A DNA stretch of 63,305 nucleotides, filler included, from Folioceros fuciformis (GCA_049999805.1; 13 parts of 13 records of this genome joined end to end with filler, not necessarily neighbours in it); one strand, 5' to 3'; positions 10,501 through 23,125 are shown, counted from the first letter of the whole stretch. Translations and numbers: made by a program. The notes: a model not told the origin generated them from the sequence alone.

Positions 10501-12690
10501 CATGTCCCGATCGATAGTGCCACAATTGAGTAGGTGATAGAGAAGGGGAATGACTTACATGAACTGTGGTATGCTATCGAAGGGTTCTGACATTCAACAA
10601 ATAGAGGTCATTAAATGATGTACCTAAGAAGATCTCATCCCAACCAAGTATACTAGAGATGGAACAACCAGTGTGATAAAAACAAATGTGACAAGAGTGT
10701 TCTTCTGCTAGCTTCAGGACCGACATTAAATTTTTAGTCATGGCTGGAACAAAAAGCACACCTGTAAGGGTAAAGGAGTCTGAGCTGGGCAATTCTATGG
10801 TGACCGAACTGAAGCCCTTAATGGCGAGACCATTGCCATCACCTAACAAAACAAACTGATGATTATCAGAAAGAGGGAATGAAATCACTGAAAGAACATC
10901 TATCATAACTGATATGGCTAGTTGCTCCTAAGTCTAAGAACCACATATCAGTCTCTATTTGAATGGAAGATAAGCAAACTGCCAAAATAGAAGGGGACTT
11001 CGTAGAAGAAGCCTTGGAAGTGGTCAAGTTAGATTCAGCAGATGCTTCCCTTTTAGGCTCCCCTGCTCGTTTCTTCCTGTAGTCCTTCTCATAATGCCCT
11101 GGGATTTTACACCAGTTGCACGTAAACGTCTTCCATTGCAAATTTGGGTGTCTCAGGCCGGATGAGGCACCACGTCCTTGTGCTCCACGTCCTCAACCTC
11201 GAAAACTCCCTCTGCCTCGTCCAAAAACAAGGACTCTTGAGTTCTGTTGTGATCCTTGCTTATTCTTATGGAAACCCTTCGTGCACTCCTCATCTAGAAG
11301 TGCACCTAGCACCTCCTCCAAACTTAGAGAAGGTGCTCCTCCAGGTACTGTAGGAGAGGACCTGGCACTTTGGGAGCTAACAAAATGACTGTAACTCTCA
11401 GGTAAGGAAGCAAGAAGACTAACAGCAGCTTGTGCTTCCGTTAGGCTTGTTCCACAATAAGCTAAAGTTGCATGTGCTGTGCGAAACTTGTTGATGTATG
11501 ATTCCACTATCTCGTTCTCCTTCATCCTCATACTGTAAAAATCCATGTGTGCATGGAGTTGAGATGCTCTACTCCTATCCTTGTAGATGAGACTGAAATT
11601 GTGCCAAACAGCAGCAGAGGTGTCAGCACCCAAAGTGTGAGGCATCATATTTCTGTCAAGGGAAGCTATGAGAATGGAACGAGCTCTTCTATCTCTCCTT
11701 TGCCATTGTAATATATCAGCAGCATTGATTGGTGTAACAAGCATTGCATTTGCAGGTTGTACAGTAGGTATGGCCTCGATCCCATCAACAACCGACATCA
11801 GCTCATTCTCCTCAAAAATTTGGGTCAAACGCATTGACCATATGTTGTAGTCGTTTCCATTGAAACGATCCTTGTCCCTGAACTCGATCTTCAGGGTTGA
11901 TTGAGGGAAAGCTGCCATGGTTGAAGAAGTGACCCCCGTTGATGTTGATGCTGCAGTGGTATTCGATGCAGAGATTAACGGTTGCTGAGCTGCCTGAGAT
12001 GACACTGGATTTTGGTTAAACTGGACTCCGCGAGGGAAGGAACCTGGATTCCCTCCTTGTACAGTCGGTAGAGGGTCTGGTTCGACCCTTGGCTCCACTA
12101 TGCCGCCAGAATCCAAGTCAAATTCACCATCAGATCCGATGCTTGGAAATCTTCCTGGCAGCATGTCATCAAATTGGATAAAGAGTCAGTAATGGGTCGC
12201 ATTCTCGCGACCTACTGCTAGGAAAGTAGCAATGTGGGCACACCAAGCACTCTTATGGCTCTGGCAAATCAGGTGTAACTGATCGATGCCGTTGGTTAGT
12301 CTTTCAAGGACATCCTGTCCCATGAATCTAAGCACATGCAACGAGGATGTAACCCTATTTTGCTTGGCTATCTGGGTGCCGTCTTTGTGGTATGTAGGAT
12401 GTTGAACAGCTTACCAAAGAAATCCTGTGATGACTGAGCGTGGGGCTCACCTCGAAGCGCCTAACAAAGATGGGCCGAGCAAGATGCCGAGAAGGCGAGG
12501 ATCGCAAAGCAAGCGGTTGCTTACCGTCTTCGTGACAACTCGAGCACAGGAAACCTGCCATGGGAGAAGAAACGTCGTCTGCTTCTATGCGGACTCTTCT
12601 ATGAGGCGCACGTGGTGCTGACCCACGCTTCGGCATCATGATGTTTTGCACATCGGCGCTCGTGAACGGATCATCAGGGCTCTGATACCA
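7593..12690 (-). mobile_element. Degenerate Ty1/copia LTR retrotransposon internal region (PBS-gag-PR-IN-RT-RH)
   Basis: gag (FNGNDYNIWSMR), degenerate Zn knuckle CNWCKIPGHYEKDY, protease WFLDLGATSHI, integrase VHSDICGPM...ECKNRTL, RT CKWVFKKK...YKARLVAKGFSQ...HLDVKTAFLNG...YVDD, RNase H CDADWAG...CDNQSA...ADLLTKAL in copia order; many stops and frameshifts. Confidence 0.95.
12677..12690 (-). promoter_or_regulatory. Primer-binding site (tRNA-iMet) of the copia element
   Basis: Minus strand reads TGGTATCAGAGCCC, upstream of gag. Confidence 0.9.
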
Positions 12691-12899
12691 TAACGCAATC
12701 TAGAAACGCGAGGGGCATAAGCGCGTGGGATGGCGATGAGCGTGAGCGCAGAGGAAAAGGAAAAAATGGTTATCTAAATTCAGCAAAAATGGTACATATA
12801 TACAAGAGTTGAGTTGTCTATTATAACTCATCACAAAACTACTAAAATGTGTTGAACCTAACTGTAAAGTAATATTAATTCCTTTAATTTTTTTCTTCG

Positions 12900-13270
12900 G
12901 TTTCAACTTCAGATTTGTGCCTCAATCCAAGCCCCACAACATGCTGGTTATGTTCCTCTTTTGTAAGAGCCTTTGTTAGTAGATCAGCTGTGTTGTCATA
13001 TGTGGGAATGTCGCTAAAACTGATTATCTTGTTGGCAATTGTATTTCTAATGAAATGCTGCTTCACCTCCACATGTCTAGTACAAGCATGTGAGATGGGA
13101 TTCTTCACTATAGCAATAGCAGATTGATTGTCACAGTACATGGGCATCGGCTCTTGCTGCTGGTAGCCTAAGGTTTCTAGGAAATTCGATGGTGCATGAC
13201 CTCTTGGGCTACAGTTGTAGCTACCGCATATTCGGCCTCTATGGATGAAAGTGCAACCACTATTTGCTTC
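12900..13270 (-). mobile_element. Copia RNase H fragment from a second, diverged family
   Basis: MYCDNQSAIAIVKNPISHACTRHVEVKQHFIR...DNTADLLTKAL. Confidence 0.9.
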
Positions 13271-13316
13271 TTCGAGGGTCAACTGACAAGGTCCCCACAC
13301 ACCTTTATACAGTATA

Positions 13317-13601
13317 TGTAGGGTTATTAAAGCCCAATGTGCTTAAACTAATGTGTTTAGTCTAAGATTAGTGTCTAGTTAAGTATCATTTGTTTAGATT
13401 AGCTTAAGCTAATCTTTATGAAGCTTCTTGTGCAGCTTTCTGTGAGCTTCTTGTGAAGCTTCTTTGGGAGCTCTTCTATATGGTATAAATACCCTCTTGA
13501 GCTCCCTTGCAATATAGAGAGTGTGTGAGAGACCTTGCTTTCTCTTCTCCTCCTCTTTTTCCTCTCCTTCTTCACCATGTGGCTTCGTTAGCGATCCTTC
13601 A
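13317..13601 (+). repeat. 5' LTR (TG...CA, 285 bp) of a copia element
   Basis: TGTAGGG...GATCCTTCA with TATAAATA, followed by a PBS-like TGGTGTCAAAGCC (13604-13616); closely similar copy at 26642-26933. Confidence 0.9.
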
Positions 13602-14364
13602 AATGGTGTCAAAGCCTAGGTTGTGGAGCAAGAGGGTGATGGCTGTAGGTGTTGCGAACAAGGTGCACAAAGGTGCAACAAGGCCGTGAGGAAGGCACCG
13701 GAGTTAGCGAGGGCCGTGTGGGGCAACCTTGCTACCTAGGGTGTAGGGGGCTCCAGCCCCACCGTGCTCAGGCTCGAACAGCGGCAGCGCGGGGCACCAG
13801 GGCGCCAGCCGCGCCTAGCATGGGCCGCGGGCGCTGGGATCAGTCTGGTCGCGAGGCGGCAGGATTAGTCCTTGGGCGTAGGCCAGCCGGGATCCCAGCC
13901 ACGAGGCAGCAGGATCAGGCCTTGGGCTGCCCTGCACCCACACACCTAATAATATTGAGTGTTATCATTGTCACAAAAAGGGTCATATCAAAAGGGACTG
14001 CGAGAAGTTCAAGAAGGACAAAGGAAAGGAGACGAAGAAGAACGACAACAAGGCAAGTCCGAGTATCAAGTCTAACGAGGTGAATTTTGTTGATGATGGA
14101 GATGTTCTTATCTCTTCTTCCTTAGATTATGCACAATTGACAGCCGTGGATAGTCACTTATTCTCTAATTGGATAATTGACTCTGAAACATCTTTCCATG
14201 TTACTCCGCATAGGGAGTGGTTTAGCACCTATGATGCTACTAGGAAAGGATGTGTTCGGCTTGGAAATAACTACGCATGCGAGATTGCAGGCGTTGGTGA
14301 TGTGCAGCTGAGGTTTGACAACGGATCTTCATTCATATTGAAGGATGTTAGGCATGTTCCGAAG
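13317..14364 (+). mobile_element. Internally deleted copia element (LTR-PBS-Zn knuckle-protease), cut by scaffold end
   Basis: IECYHCHKKGHIKRDC near 13953-14000; WIIDSETSFHVTPHREWF...LKDVRHVP from about 14170; most of gag is missing. Confidence 0.85.
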
Positions 14365-14464
14365 NNNNNNNNNNNNNNNNNNNNNNNNNNNNNNNNNNNN
14401 NNNNNNNNTTAATTAATTAANNNNNNNNNNNNNNNNNNNNNNNNNNNNNNNNNNNNNNNNNNNN

Positions 14465-16505
14465 GCAGAAGCAGCTAGGCTAACCAAGGAGTTTCATGAT
14501 TTGAAGTACATGGGTTCAGGGGGAGTTAGAGAGCATATTATGAAGATGATCAATATAAATGGCAGACTCAGGGAGCTCTTGATGGGGGTTAGGGATGAGC
14601 AGGTAGTGCATTATGCACTACATTCCTTGCCTAACAGTTTTAGTCATCTTAGGACCAGTTACAACTCTCAAAAGGGAAACTGGACTCTAGATGAACTTAT
14701 ATCCATCTGTGTGGATGAAGAATCTAGGATCAAGGAAGAAAAGGAACCTGCTACAACCATTAACCTCATTGAGAAGCCTAAAAGGAAAAAGCCCCAGAAT
14801 AAGCTCAAGCCTATCAAAGCCATAACTAAGAGTTCAACAGCTGCAGTGGCCAAGGAAAACAGGCCATTTAGGTTCAAGTGCTACTTTTGCAAAAGAGTAG
14901 GACACATGAAAAAGGACTGCACTGGCTATAAAAATTGGTTAGCCAAAAAGGGTAAGATTTTTTCTAATACAGTTTTTTCTTTAGAAATTAATCTTATAAA
15001 TGTTGAACCACAGTCTTGGTGGATAGATTCAGGCTCACCTATTCATATTACTAATTCTTTGCAGGGATTCATAAGGAGGAGAATCCCAAAAAGTGATGAA
15101 GTGAACCTGTGTGTAGGCAATGGCATGAGAGTGGCAGTCAAGGCTATTGGAACCTTAAAGCTCGATTTAGGATTAGGAAAATTGTTAGTTTTGGACAATG
15201 TTTTTTATGTACCTTCCATGAGAAGGAATTTGGTTTCAGTTTCTCTTTTAGTAAAATCTGGTTGTAGACTTGTTATGGATAGTAATGGAATTCTTATTTC
15301 TAAAAATTCTGTTCAAATTGGTTCTGGTGTTATTATGAATGATTATTTACAGTTAAATTGTTCAATGGCTCAACAAGAAATTTTACTTGTTGAAAATAAC
15401 ACAAACAGTACTAGCACTTTAACAGGTGTTAAAAGAACCAAACTAAATGAAAAGTCTGCATTTTTATGGCATAGAAGACTCGGCCATGTTTCAAAAGAGA
15501 GACTGAAAATTTTGGTGAAAAACAACATCCTAAATGAACTTGATTTTTCTGATCTAACAGACTGTGTTGAATGCTTTAAGGGAAAAATAACTAATACTAG
15601 AAAGAAGACTGCATATAGAAGCCAAAATTTATTAGAACTCATACACACTGATATATGTGGACCATTTAGGCATCAAACTATCTGTGGGAATGTGTATTTT
15701 ATCACATTCATTGATGACTTTTCTAGATACAGTTATATTTATCTACTTTCAGAAAAGGCACAAGCATTGAAAGCCTTTCAAATCTTTAAGTCTGAGGTAG
15801 AAAATCAACTAGAAAAGAAAATCAAAACAGTGAGGTCAGATAGAGGGGGAGAGTTCTATGGAAAGTACACTGAATCCGGCCAACAAAAGGGTCCATTTGC
15901 CTTGTTTTTGCAAGACAATGGAATTAAAGCTCAATACACAACACCCTATAATCCACAACAGAATGGTGTTGCAGAGAGAAAGAATAGGACTCTTTTGAAC
16001 ATGGTTAGATGTATGATGTGTACAACTGGTTTGCCTAAATTTCTGTGGGGTGAGGCTTTAAAAACTGCAAATTATATTTGCAACAGGACACCTAGCAAAG
16101 CCATAGAAAATACTGCTTTTGAGCTTTGGTGTGGCAGGAAACCTAGTCTTCATCACTGTCATGTTTGGGGATGTCATGCAGAAGCTAGGATTTATAATCC
16201 AAGCTTGAATAAACTTGACCCCAAAACTGTTAGTTGCTATTTTATAGGTTATCCAGATAAATCTAAAGGCTATAAATTATATTCTGCTCATCATTCACCT
16301 AGAATTTTTGAAACACATCAAGTAAAGTTTCTAAGTGAAAAAGTTCACAATACAAACCTTGAGGATTTAACCTCAGATTTTGAGGAAATTGTGTCAGATG
16401 AGAATATAAGTGTAGCATTGCCTTTAGAACAAGATGTAACTGATCATGTCACTGGTCACGTAACTGACCATGTCACTGACCAAGTAACTGTACCTGGTCG
16501 AGTAA
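14465..16505 (+). mobile_element. Ty1/copia gag-pol fragment with an uninterrupted ORF (gag, Zn knuckle, PR, integrase)
   Basis: CYFCKRVGHMKKDC, WWIDSGSPIHI, LWHRRLGH, IHTDICGP, VRSDRGGEF, PQQNGVAERKNRTL; no stop across the scaffold; ends in 12-bp (VTDH) tandem repeats. Confidence 0.95.
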
Positions 16506-16605
16506 NNNNNNNNNNNNNNNNNNNNNNNNNNNNNNNNNNNNNNNNNNNNTTAATTAATTAANNNNNNNNNNNNNNNNNNNNNNNNNNNNNNNNNNNNNNN
16601 NNNNN

Positions 16606-18840
16606 AATAGCAGCAAGCCACCACGTTTTGGTGTAAGAGTGGATAGCCTTCTTGCTTTGCCGGAAGGTGTTGTCGTCCGTGATCTAGAAGATCCCTCTAA
16701 AAGCTTCACTCAGCTCTTTGATTATCCCGATCTACCTATCAAGTGCGGAATGTGTGGTGTGCAAAACCATCTTAAGTGGACTTGCCCTCTTTGGGCCGGA
16801 AAAGGAAGCGGGAGTGACAAAGCTGAGACGATGCCTTCAGGCCCGCTGCTTGGTTTTAAAGGTGCTCCTAAGAGGTCTTGGAAGACTAACCCAGGAGCAC
16901 AACAATGGGCAAGCAAGGTGCAGTACGCTTTCTTCTCAGGGTGCGTTGGTGCAAACAACACGCAAATGAAAAATAAAAGTGGGTGAGACTTATTTCTACT
17001 GGATGCCAAAGGACGGGGAGCTCAAGGCCTTGCCTACACGCTCCTTCCAGGTAGGGGCCTTGTCTGGGGATTAGCTCCCAGCTCTTTGGAGTGCAGTTAA
17101 GTTGAAAGTTAGGGGCATGCTACAGGCGAGCCTGAGGTTTGATGACCAAGCCGTGAGAATGTCTCTTCTAGATGCAAGACACAGTATGGTGTGTCACAGA
17201 CTGGATGACAGTTCCTCCATCTTATATGTCAACACACTGATTGAGCTGAGCGAGGAGTGCCGTCTTCGAGACATTAACGGGTCGTAGTGCATGGGGGAAC
17301 CTCAAGTACTAGCTTGTATCAAGGATGCTAAGTTTGGCAAAGGCAGGGTTACTCTCGCTTCTTGGGTGATCTTCAAGGCTCACCTTGGCTTTTTGGGCCT
17401 TTTCACAGCCCCGATCTCTATCAAACTCCCAGGCACTTGGGAGCTAAGATGGGAAGAGGATTTGGTGGTAGAAGATGTTGTGCCTATGGAGGACGACCCT
17501 AGTAGCGTGGAGCACAATCGGAGGGTAGGTTTGTCTCTAGCAGGTGGACTCAGTGATCCATTTAAGGAGACCAAGGTCACAAGCGGGGAGCCCGCCCAAA
17601 GGTTGGAGGACCTCCAGCCTACTTGTCCCACAGTAACACAGAACTCCTCAGGGGGCTCCCTGGAAGCAAACCCTGCAGAGCTGGTAGCAAAGATGGTGTC
17701 CTAGGGAAAGACTGAGAATGGTGGGGTCTCCACTGCAGAGGACAAGGTGGCAACCCAGCGAGTATTAAGACAAGCTCGCTCACCGGAGAACCTGAGACCA
17801 GGGCCGAATGCATGGCGGGTCGCTCAAGGGGGAGTTCAAAGGGAGGGCCAATGCCCCAAGGCAGGGGAACGCATAAGGCCTAAAGCTAGGCTAGAGCTTG
17901 GTGAGCTGGCGCCACACCTGGAGGGTGTTGTTGAGGGCTTGGGTTTCCCAGACTGCATGCAGGTGACAGGATTCGCAGTCGGTCCTGAACGCTTTGAAGG
18001 ACCAAGGGCAAACTCTGCTCAGTCGGCCCAGCAAGGTGGAGTGAGCAGTATAATGGTTGAGCCTCATGAAATGGGAAGGACGGCGCAGGATGGTGGCTTC
18101 GGGGTACCTCCGGGTGTGGGGAGAATCGCAGGGAGGATGGCTCAAGATAGCTCCTTATCCCAGCTCCTTGTGGCGCAGCTAATCGGCTACTCAGAAGCGG
18201 GTTTAGGATCCCCTTCCTCACCGCCAAAGGTGATGGATGGAGCAGCGTCTCGGAAGGCGCTGGTGTGGGGCTCAGCAGGTGAGGAAGCGGTGGGCAGGCA
18301 GGAGGACTTACAACTCAGGCGGCAGCCATGGGCCGTTTAGGAGGTTTCTGGCAACGAGCTTGCCCAGGAACAATGCGTCCGGCCTGTTCACGAGACTGAT
18401 GGTGAGTGGACGGGGGATGTCTAGGCGACGGTCCTGTTGGCCAGGGGTGCCAAGGTTGCGGAGCAGTCAAAGCAAGTCCTGCCAATGTTCAAGGATCAGT
18501 AGGACGCATGTGCATGAGCTACATCATTGCTGAATCACGACGGTTCTCGTGCAGAAGGCAAACAACGGTTCTTGGCTTTGAATTTGGCAAACGAGGAGTG
18601 TGGGGCAGGGGTAGCGGATGATTTTGTAAAGCTAGGAGCGCTTGCGCTCCTGTCCAGAAGGAATCTTCAGCTGGTAGGCAATCAGGAACGATCCAACGTA
18701 TCTCCTCCAGAAACGGAGGAAGAGAGATCTAGGGAAGTGATGCAGGAATCTCCTACCACGATGGTTTGGAAGAACGAAGTCTAAAGGGCAAAAAATCTAG
18801 TCAAGGCGGTGGCCCAACTTGCCAGGGTTGTCCTGGAGTC
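16606..18840 (+). mobile_element. Degenerate LINE (L1-type) ORF1 remnant
   Basis: LPEGVVV...FTQLFDYPDLPIKCGMCGVQNHLKWTCP (CX2CX4HX4C knuckle in the plant L1 ORF1 context), followed by stop-ridden low-complexity coding-like sequence. Extent beyond about 17000 is uncertain. Confidence 0.6.
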
Positions 18841-19156
18841 NNNNNNNNNNNNNNNNNNNNNNNNNNNNNNNNNNNNNNNNNNNNTTAATTAATTAANNNN
18901 NNNNNNNNNNNNNNNNNNNNNNNNNNNNNNNNNNNNNNNNCCTTAACCGACCGTAAACGCCGGGGCCGAGACATGGCACGTCCCCCGTTCCCCATCCCAG
19001 CCGGACCGCCGGTTATCGTAACCGCACGACTAGGCAAGCCGGGGCGGGACGGCACGGCACGACAGCGCGCTCCAGTTAAGTGAGCGCGAGAAGCCTGGCG
19101 ACTGGGACTCGTAGCATCCACGCGCGCGGCCCCAGCGCAGGCCCACAGGCAGTTAC

Positions 19157-20290
19157 ACCACACCACACCACACCACACCACACCACACCACACCACACCA
19201 CNNNNNNNNNNNNNNNNNNNNNNNNNNNNNNNNNNNNNNNNNNNNNNNNNNNNNNNNNNNNNNNNNNNNNNNNNNNNNNNNNNNNNNNNNNNNNNNNNNN
19301 NTTTCCTTTCCTTCCCTTCCCTTTCCTTCCCTTTCCTTCCCTTTCCTTTCCTTCCCTTCCCTTTCCTTCCCTTTCCTTCCCTTTCCTTCCCTTTCCTTCC
19401 CTTTCCTTCCCTTCCCTTTCCTTCCCTTCCCGTCCCTCACTTTAGGTTTAGCTTCAGCTTTCCCCGTCCTTATCCGAATTCGCGACTCACCACAGCACTA
19501 CACGGCATACCAGAGCAAAGCAGAGCACAACACCACACAACAGAGCTCGACAGAGCAGAGCTGTCTTCCTTCTTAACACTGACGTTGTCGTCATTATTTT
19601 AAACAGGAAGGGGAAGTGGAAGAGGAAGAGGAAGAGGAAGAGGAAGAGGAAGAGGAAGTGGTAGTGGTAGTGGTAGTGGGTGTCGGAATCATCGGGTTGG
19701 GATCACGACCCGGGTAGGGCCTGTCCCCGTGCCCGTGCCGGTGCCCGTGCCCGTGCCGGTCCCGGTCCCTACCCAGCCCAGCCCACGATCCACCTGACTC
19801 ACCCTCAGCCTCTGCCCAACTGCCAACTTGGCTGATATCCCTGCCGACGCGTCACGCATTTCGTGCGATACGATCTCGGGGCTGTGAACCCCGTTCGGAT
19901 TTTGCGTCCCCCTTTTTTTAAATATCCCCGCTCCCACGCCCACCTCCGCCACCTAACCCCACGCGCCTACTTAATACCTCTCTTACTACACTGCACTACA
20001 CTCTTGAGCCTGCTCCTGCCAGATTCCCCGCGTATGCATGCATTCTCTTCCTCCCCTCAACGTACACCACAATTTTGGCACTGGAACGTTACGCTCTCTA
20101 ACGCCCCACGTTTGCTTCCTTGCCCTGCCCTGCCCTGCCCTGCCCNNNNNNNNNNNNNNNNNNNNNNNNNNNNNNNNNNNNNNNNNNNNNNNNNNNNNNN
20201 NNNNNNNNNNNNNNNNNNNNNNNNNNNNNNNNNNNNNNNNNNNNNTCCCCTGCCCTGCCCTGCCCTGCCCTGCCCTTCCCTTCCCTGCCT
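19157..20290. repeat. Microsatellite cluster: (CACCA)n, (TTCCC/TTTCC)n, (GAGGAA)n, (GTGGTA)n, (GTGCCC)n, (GCCCT)n
   Basis: Directly visible; two assembly gaps fall within or between these arrays. Confidence 0.95.
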
Positions 20291-20637
20291 GCCCACAATT
20301 ACCTCTTCGTCTTATCTCTGCCTTATCGTAACTACCCTTTCTTCGCTTACTATACCACTAACAATCTGAACAACCAACTTCCCTCCATGCCATGCCATGC
20401 CATGCTTTCATACAAGAAGACAGTTTCTTTGGACTATCATCATCCTTAGTTGGATAATAGACTTGAAGATGGCAAGAGACAAACCTTGGATAATGAGGAG
20501 GACAACAAAAATGATGACTGGGTCACTTGTTAAAGATTAATAAAAAATAATCACAACAGCAAATGTATAAGGCAATCACATGAGTTAGGTCCTTTTGTGA
20601 TATGACAGTCTCTTTCATGCATTTTATAGTGGACACT

Positions 20638-21987
20638 ATGAGCAGCCACAAAGCAACATCGTGGTACCGTGTGCCCGGTCACTCTGTACGAGACAACCAC
20701 TTTTCAGTGCCATTGGATTATAGTTCAGGAAATGGGCACCCACGCATCACACTTTTTGCTCGGGAATTGGTTGCCTATGGGAAAGAGGATAAGCACTTGC
20801 CTTGTTTGTTGTTTCTTCAAGGTGGCCCAGGCTTCGAATGCCAAAGACCGACGGATTGTGCTGGCTGGATAGATAAAGCTTGTGAGGAATACAAGGTCAT
20901 CTTGTTAGATCAACGAGGAACAGGGTTATCAACTCCTATAACTGTTAGTGCATTGGCACAGTTTCAATCACCACAAGCTCAAGCTTCTTATTTGCAGCAT
21001 TTTCGAGCTGACAACATTGTGAGAGACGCAGAGTATGTAAGAGGGCTTGTTTTGCCCAATGGAGAGCCGTGGACTGTGCTAGGGCAAAGCTACGGCGGGT
21101 TCTGCGCAGTGACGTATCTGAGTTTTGCACCAGCTGGCTTGCACCATGTATTGCTAACTGGTGGCCTTCCACCTTTGGATGCAGGATGCACGGCTGAGTT
21201 TGTATATAGGGCATGTTACAGGCGTGTGATTCTTCAAAACAAAAAATACTACAAACGATATCCTGAAGATGTTGAGGTTGTGCATTGCATTGTTAAGTAC
21301 CTGGTAGAGAATGAAGTGACTTTGCCTATGGGCGGAGTACTGAGCCCCAAAGGATTTCAACTCTTGGGGTTGACAGGGCTAGGTTCAAGTGGAGGATTCG
21401 AGAGGTTGCATTTCTTGTTGGAACGAGCATGGGATCCCCCTTTGGTAGCTGGAGCTAAAAAAGAAGTGAGCTACACATTTCTTAGGATGTTTGAGAATTG
21501 GTTCAACTTTGACACCAATCCTTTGTACGCTTTAATGCAAGAATCCATATATGCTCAAGAAGGAGCATCAAACTGGGCAGCCCATCGTGTGAGGGAGGAA
21601 TTTGGGAGTCAATTTGATCCAGTGAAATCATTGAATAACTCCGAACCCATATTCTTCACAGGAGAGATGATTTTTCCTTGGATGTTTGATGAAATACAAG
21701 CTCTCAAACCATTCAAAGAGTTAGCCTATCTTCTTGCTTGTAAGGACGATTGGCCCAAACTATATGACTGCAAAGTTCTTAGCACAAACACCATCTCCGT
21801 GGCTGCACTTTTGTACTATGAAGACATGTATGTGAACTTCAGCATCTCGGAGGATGCATCAATCCAAATAAAAGGCATACAACTATGGATCACAAATGAA
21901 TACATGCACACAGGACTTCGGGAGGATGGGGCAAGAATCTTCCAACAGCTCATGGGAATGGTGAAAGGAAAATACTTAATTCATTAG
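20638..21987 (+). CDS. Proline iminopeptidase (alpha/beta hydrolase, peptidase S33), intronless
   Basis: FSVPLDY, LLFLQGGPG, LLDQRGTGLS, HFRADNIVRDAE, nucleophile GQSYGG, YYEDMYV and EYMHTGLR in one ORF (in-frame ATGs at 20602, 20617 and 20638). Confidence 0.9.
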   Translation: MSSHKATSWYRVPGHSVRDNHFSVPLDYSSGNGHPRITLFARELVAYGKEDKHLPCLLFLQGGPGFECQRPTDCAGWIDKACEEYKVILLDQRGTGLSTPITVSALAQFQSPQAQASYLQHFRADNIVRDAEYVRGLVLPNGEPWTVLGQSYGGFCAVTYLSFAPAGLHHVLLTGGLPPLDAGCTAEFVYRACYRRVILQNKKYYKRYPEDVEVVHCIVKYLVENEVTLPMGGVLSPKGFQLLGLTGLGSSGGFERLHFLLERAWDPPLVAGAKKEVSYTFLRMFENWFNFDTNPLYALMQESIYAQEGASNWAAHRVREEFGSQFDPVKSLNNSEPIFFTGEMIFPWMFDEIQALKPFKELAYLLACKDDWPKLYDCKVLSTNTISVAALLYYEDMYVNFSISEDASIQIKGIQLWITNEYMHTGLREDGARIFQQLMGMVKGKYLIH

Positions 21988-23055
21988 GTTAAGGAAGCTA
22001 GTATGAAGTGTTGCAATTTTTGGAGAAAAGCCAAACAAGCTTGCAATGTGATAGGCTTCTTTTCCTCCTTCCTTTTCCTCTTCACGATAGATCTATGTGC
22101 ACGGTTGTTAAACATGATATTTTGTACAAGGAAGAATCATGTTTGGCAACATTAAAAAAAGAAAAAAAAAAGAAAAAGAATTTTGGTACTGTGATCTAAG
22201 TACTACACATTGAGCTCTTTTGAATGAAAAGAAACATTACAATCGTTTACTTTATGTGAAGTTCTTTCCCTACACCTACAGCCCTAAATTGATGTTATTT
22301 TTTTGTTTGTTTATTTATTTCTTTGTTTGTTTGTGAGCACAAATGGGAATAGCTTATCTTGGTTGAGAAGCTAGATGAAGACCAGCATCTCATTTCCCTT
22401 TGCTACCATGTATTTCTTGTGACACAAGTGTTATTAAATATTGAAAAGTAATGTTTCATGAACACTTTTGAGAAAACGTATTCTTTAAAATATTTGTCAA
22501 CTCACATGTTTTTTTTTTTTTTTTTCCTTCTTTTTGTATTGTTTGTATGATATAAATGATGAAAAAGAAAATGATGAAATTAAATGTGAAGAGAGGGAAT
22601 AAAAGGCGTGGCAGGCAAGGTTTTATAGTAGAAAGCAAAGAACACATGTGCTTTATTATTTAATTTAGTTTACATATATATAAATATAAATATAAATATA
22701 GGTGGGATTTGGTGCAGTCTAAGGTACGAGGTATATTTGCAACCGATCTGGCAGCTCTTTTTATGGAGGATGGGGATGATGCTTTGTGCGGGAGAGGAGA
22801 GTGATTGGGTGCATGAAGGACAAAGAAATGGTGGGTGAAGGCCGTGCCGTGCCGTGCTCTGCCGCCGTCTGGTCTGGAGGAGACAGAAAAGAAAAAATGT
22901 ATAATGAGGGGAAGAAGGTGAGCTTTGCCAGGCATCCGAAAGGCTGATGAGGAACAGAGAAAGCATGCATCCAAGGGGGTTGGAGGTTGTAGAGAGGGCG
23001 AAGGGCAAAAGGCATGCATGCCAGCCATCCTGCGTGCCTGCGAGCCTGCTTGCCT

Positions 23056-23125
<70 letters not shown>
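23056..23125. repeat. (CAG)n microsatellite running into a gap; pentamer repeats (CTGGA/CTCGA/CTCCA) at about 23560-23620
   Basis: Directly visible. Confidence 0.95.

Noticed and set aside
12691-12898. Short LTR shared by two tandem copia elements
   Set aside because: The termini are not TG/CA, no matching LTR lies near 7590, and the two RNase H sequences belong to different families.
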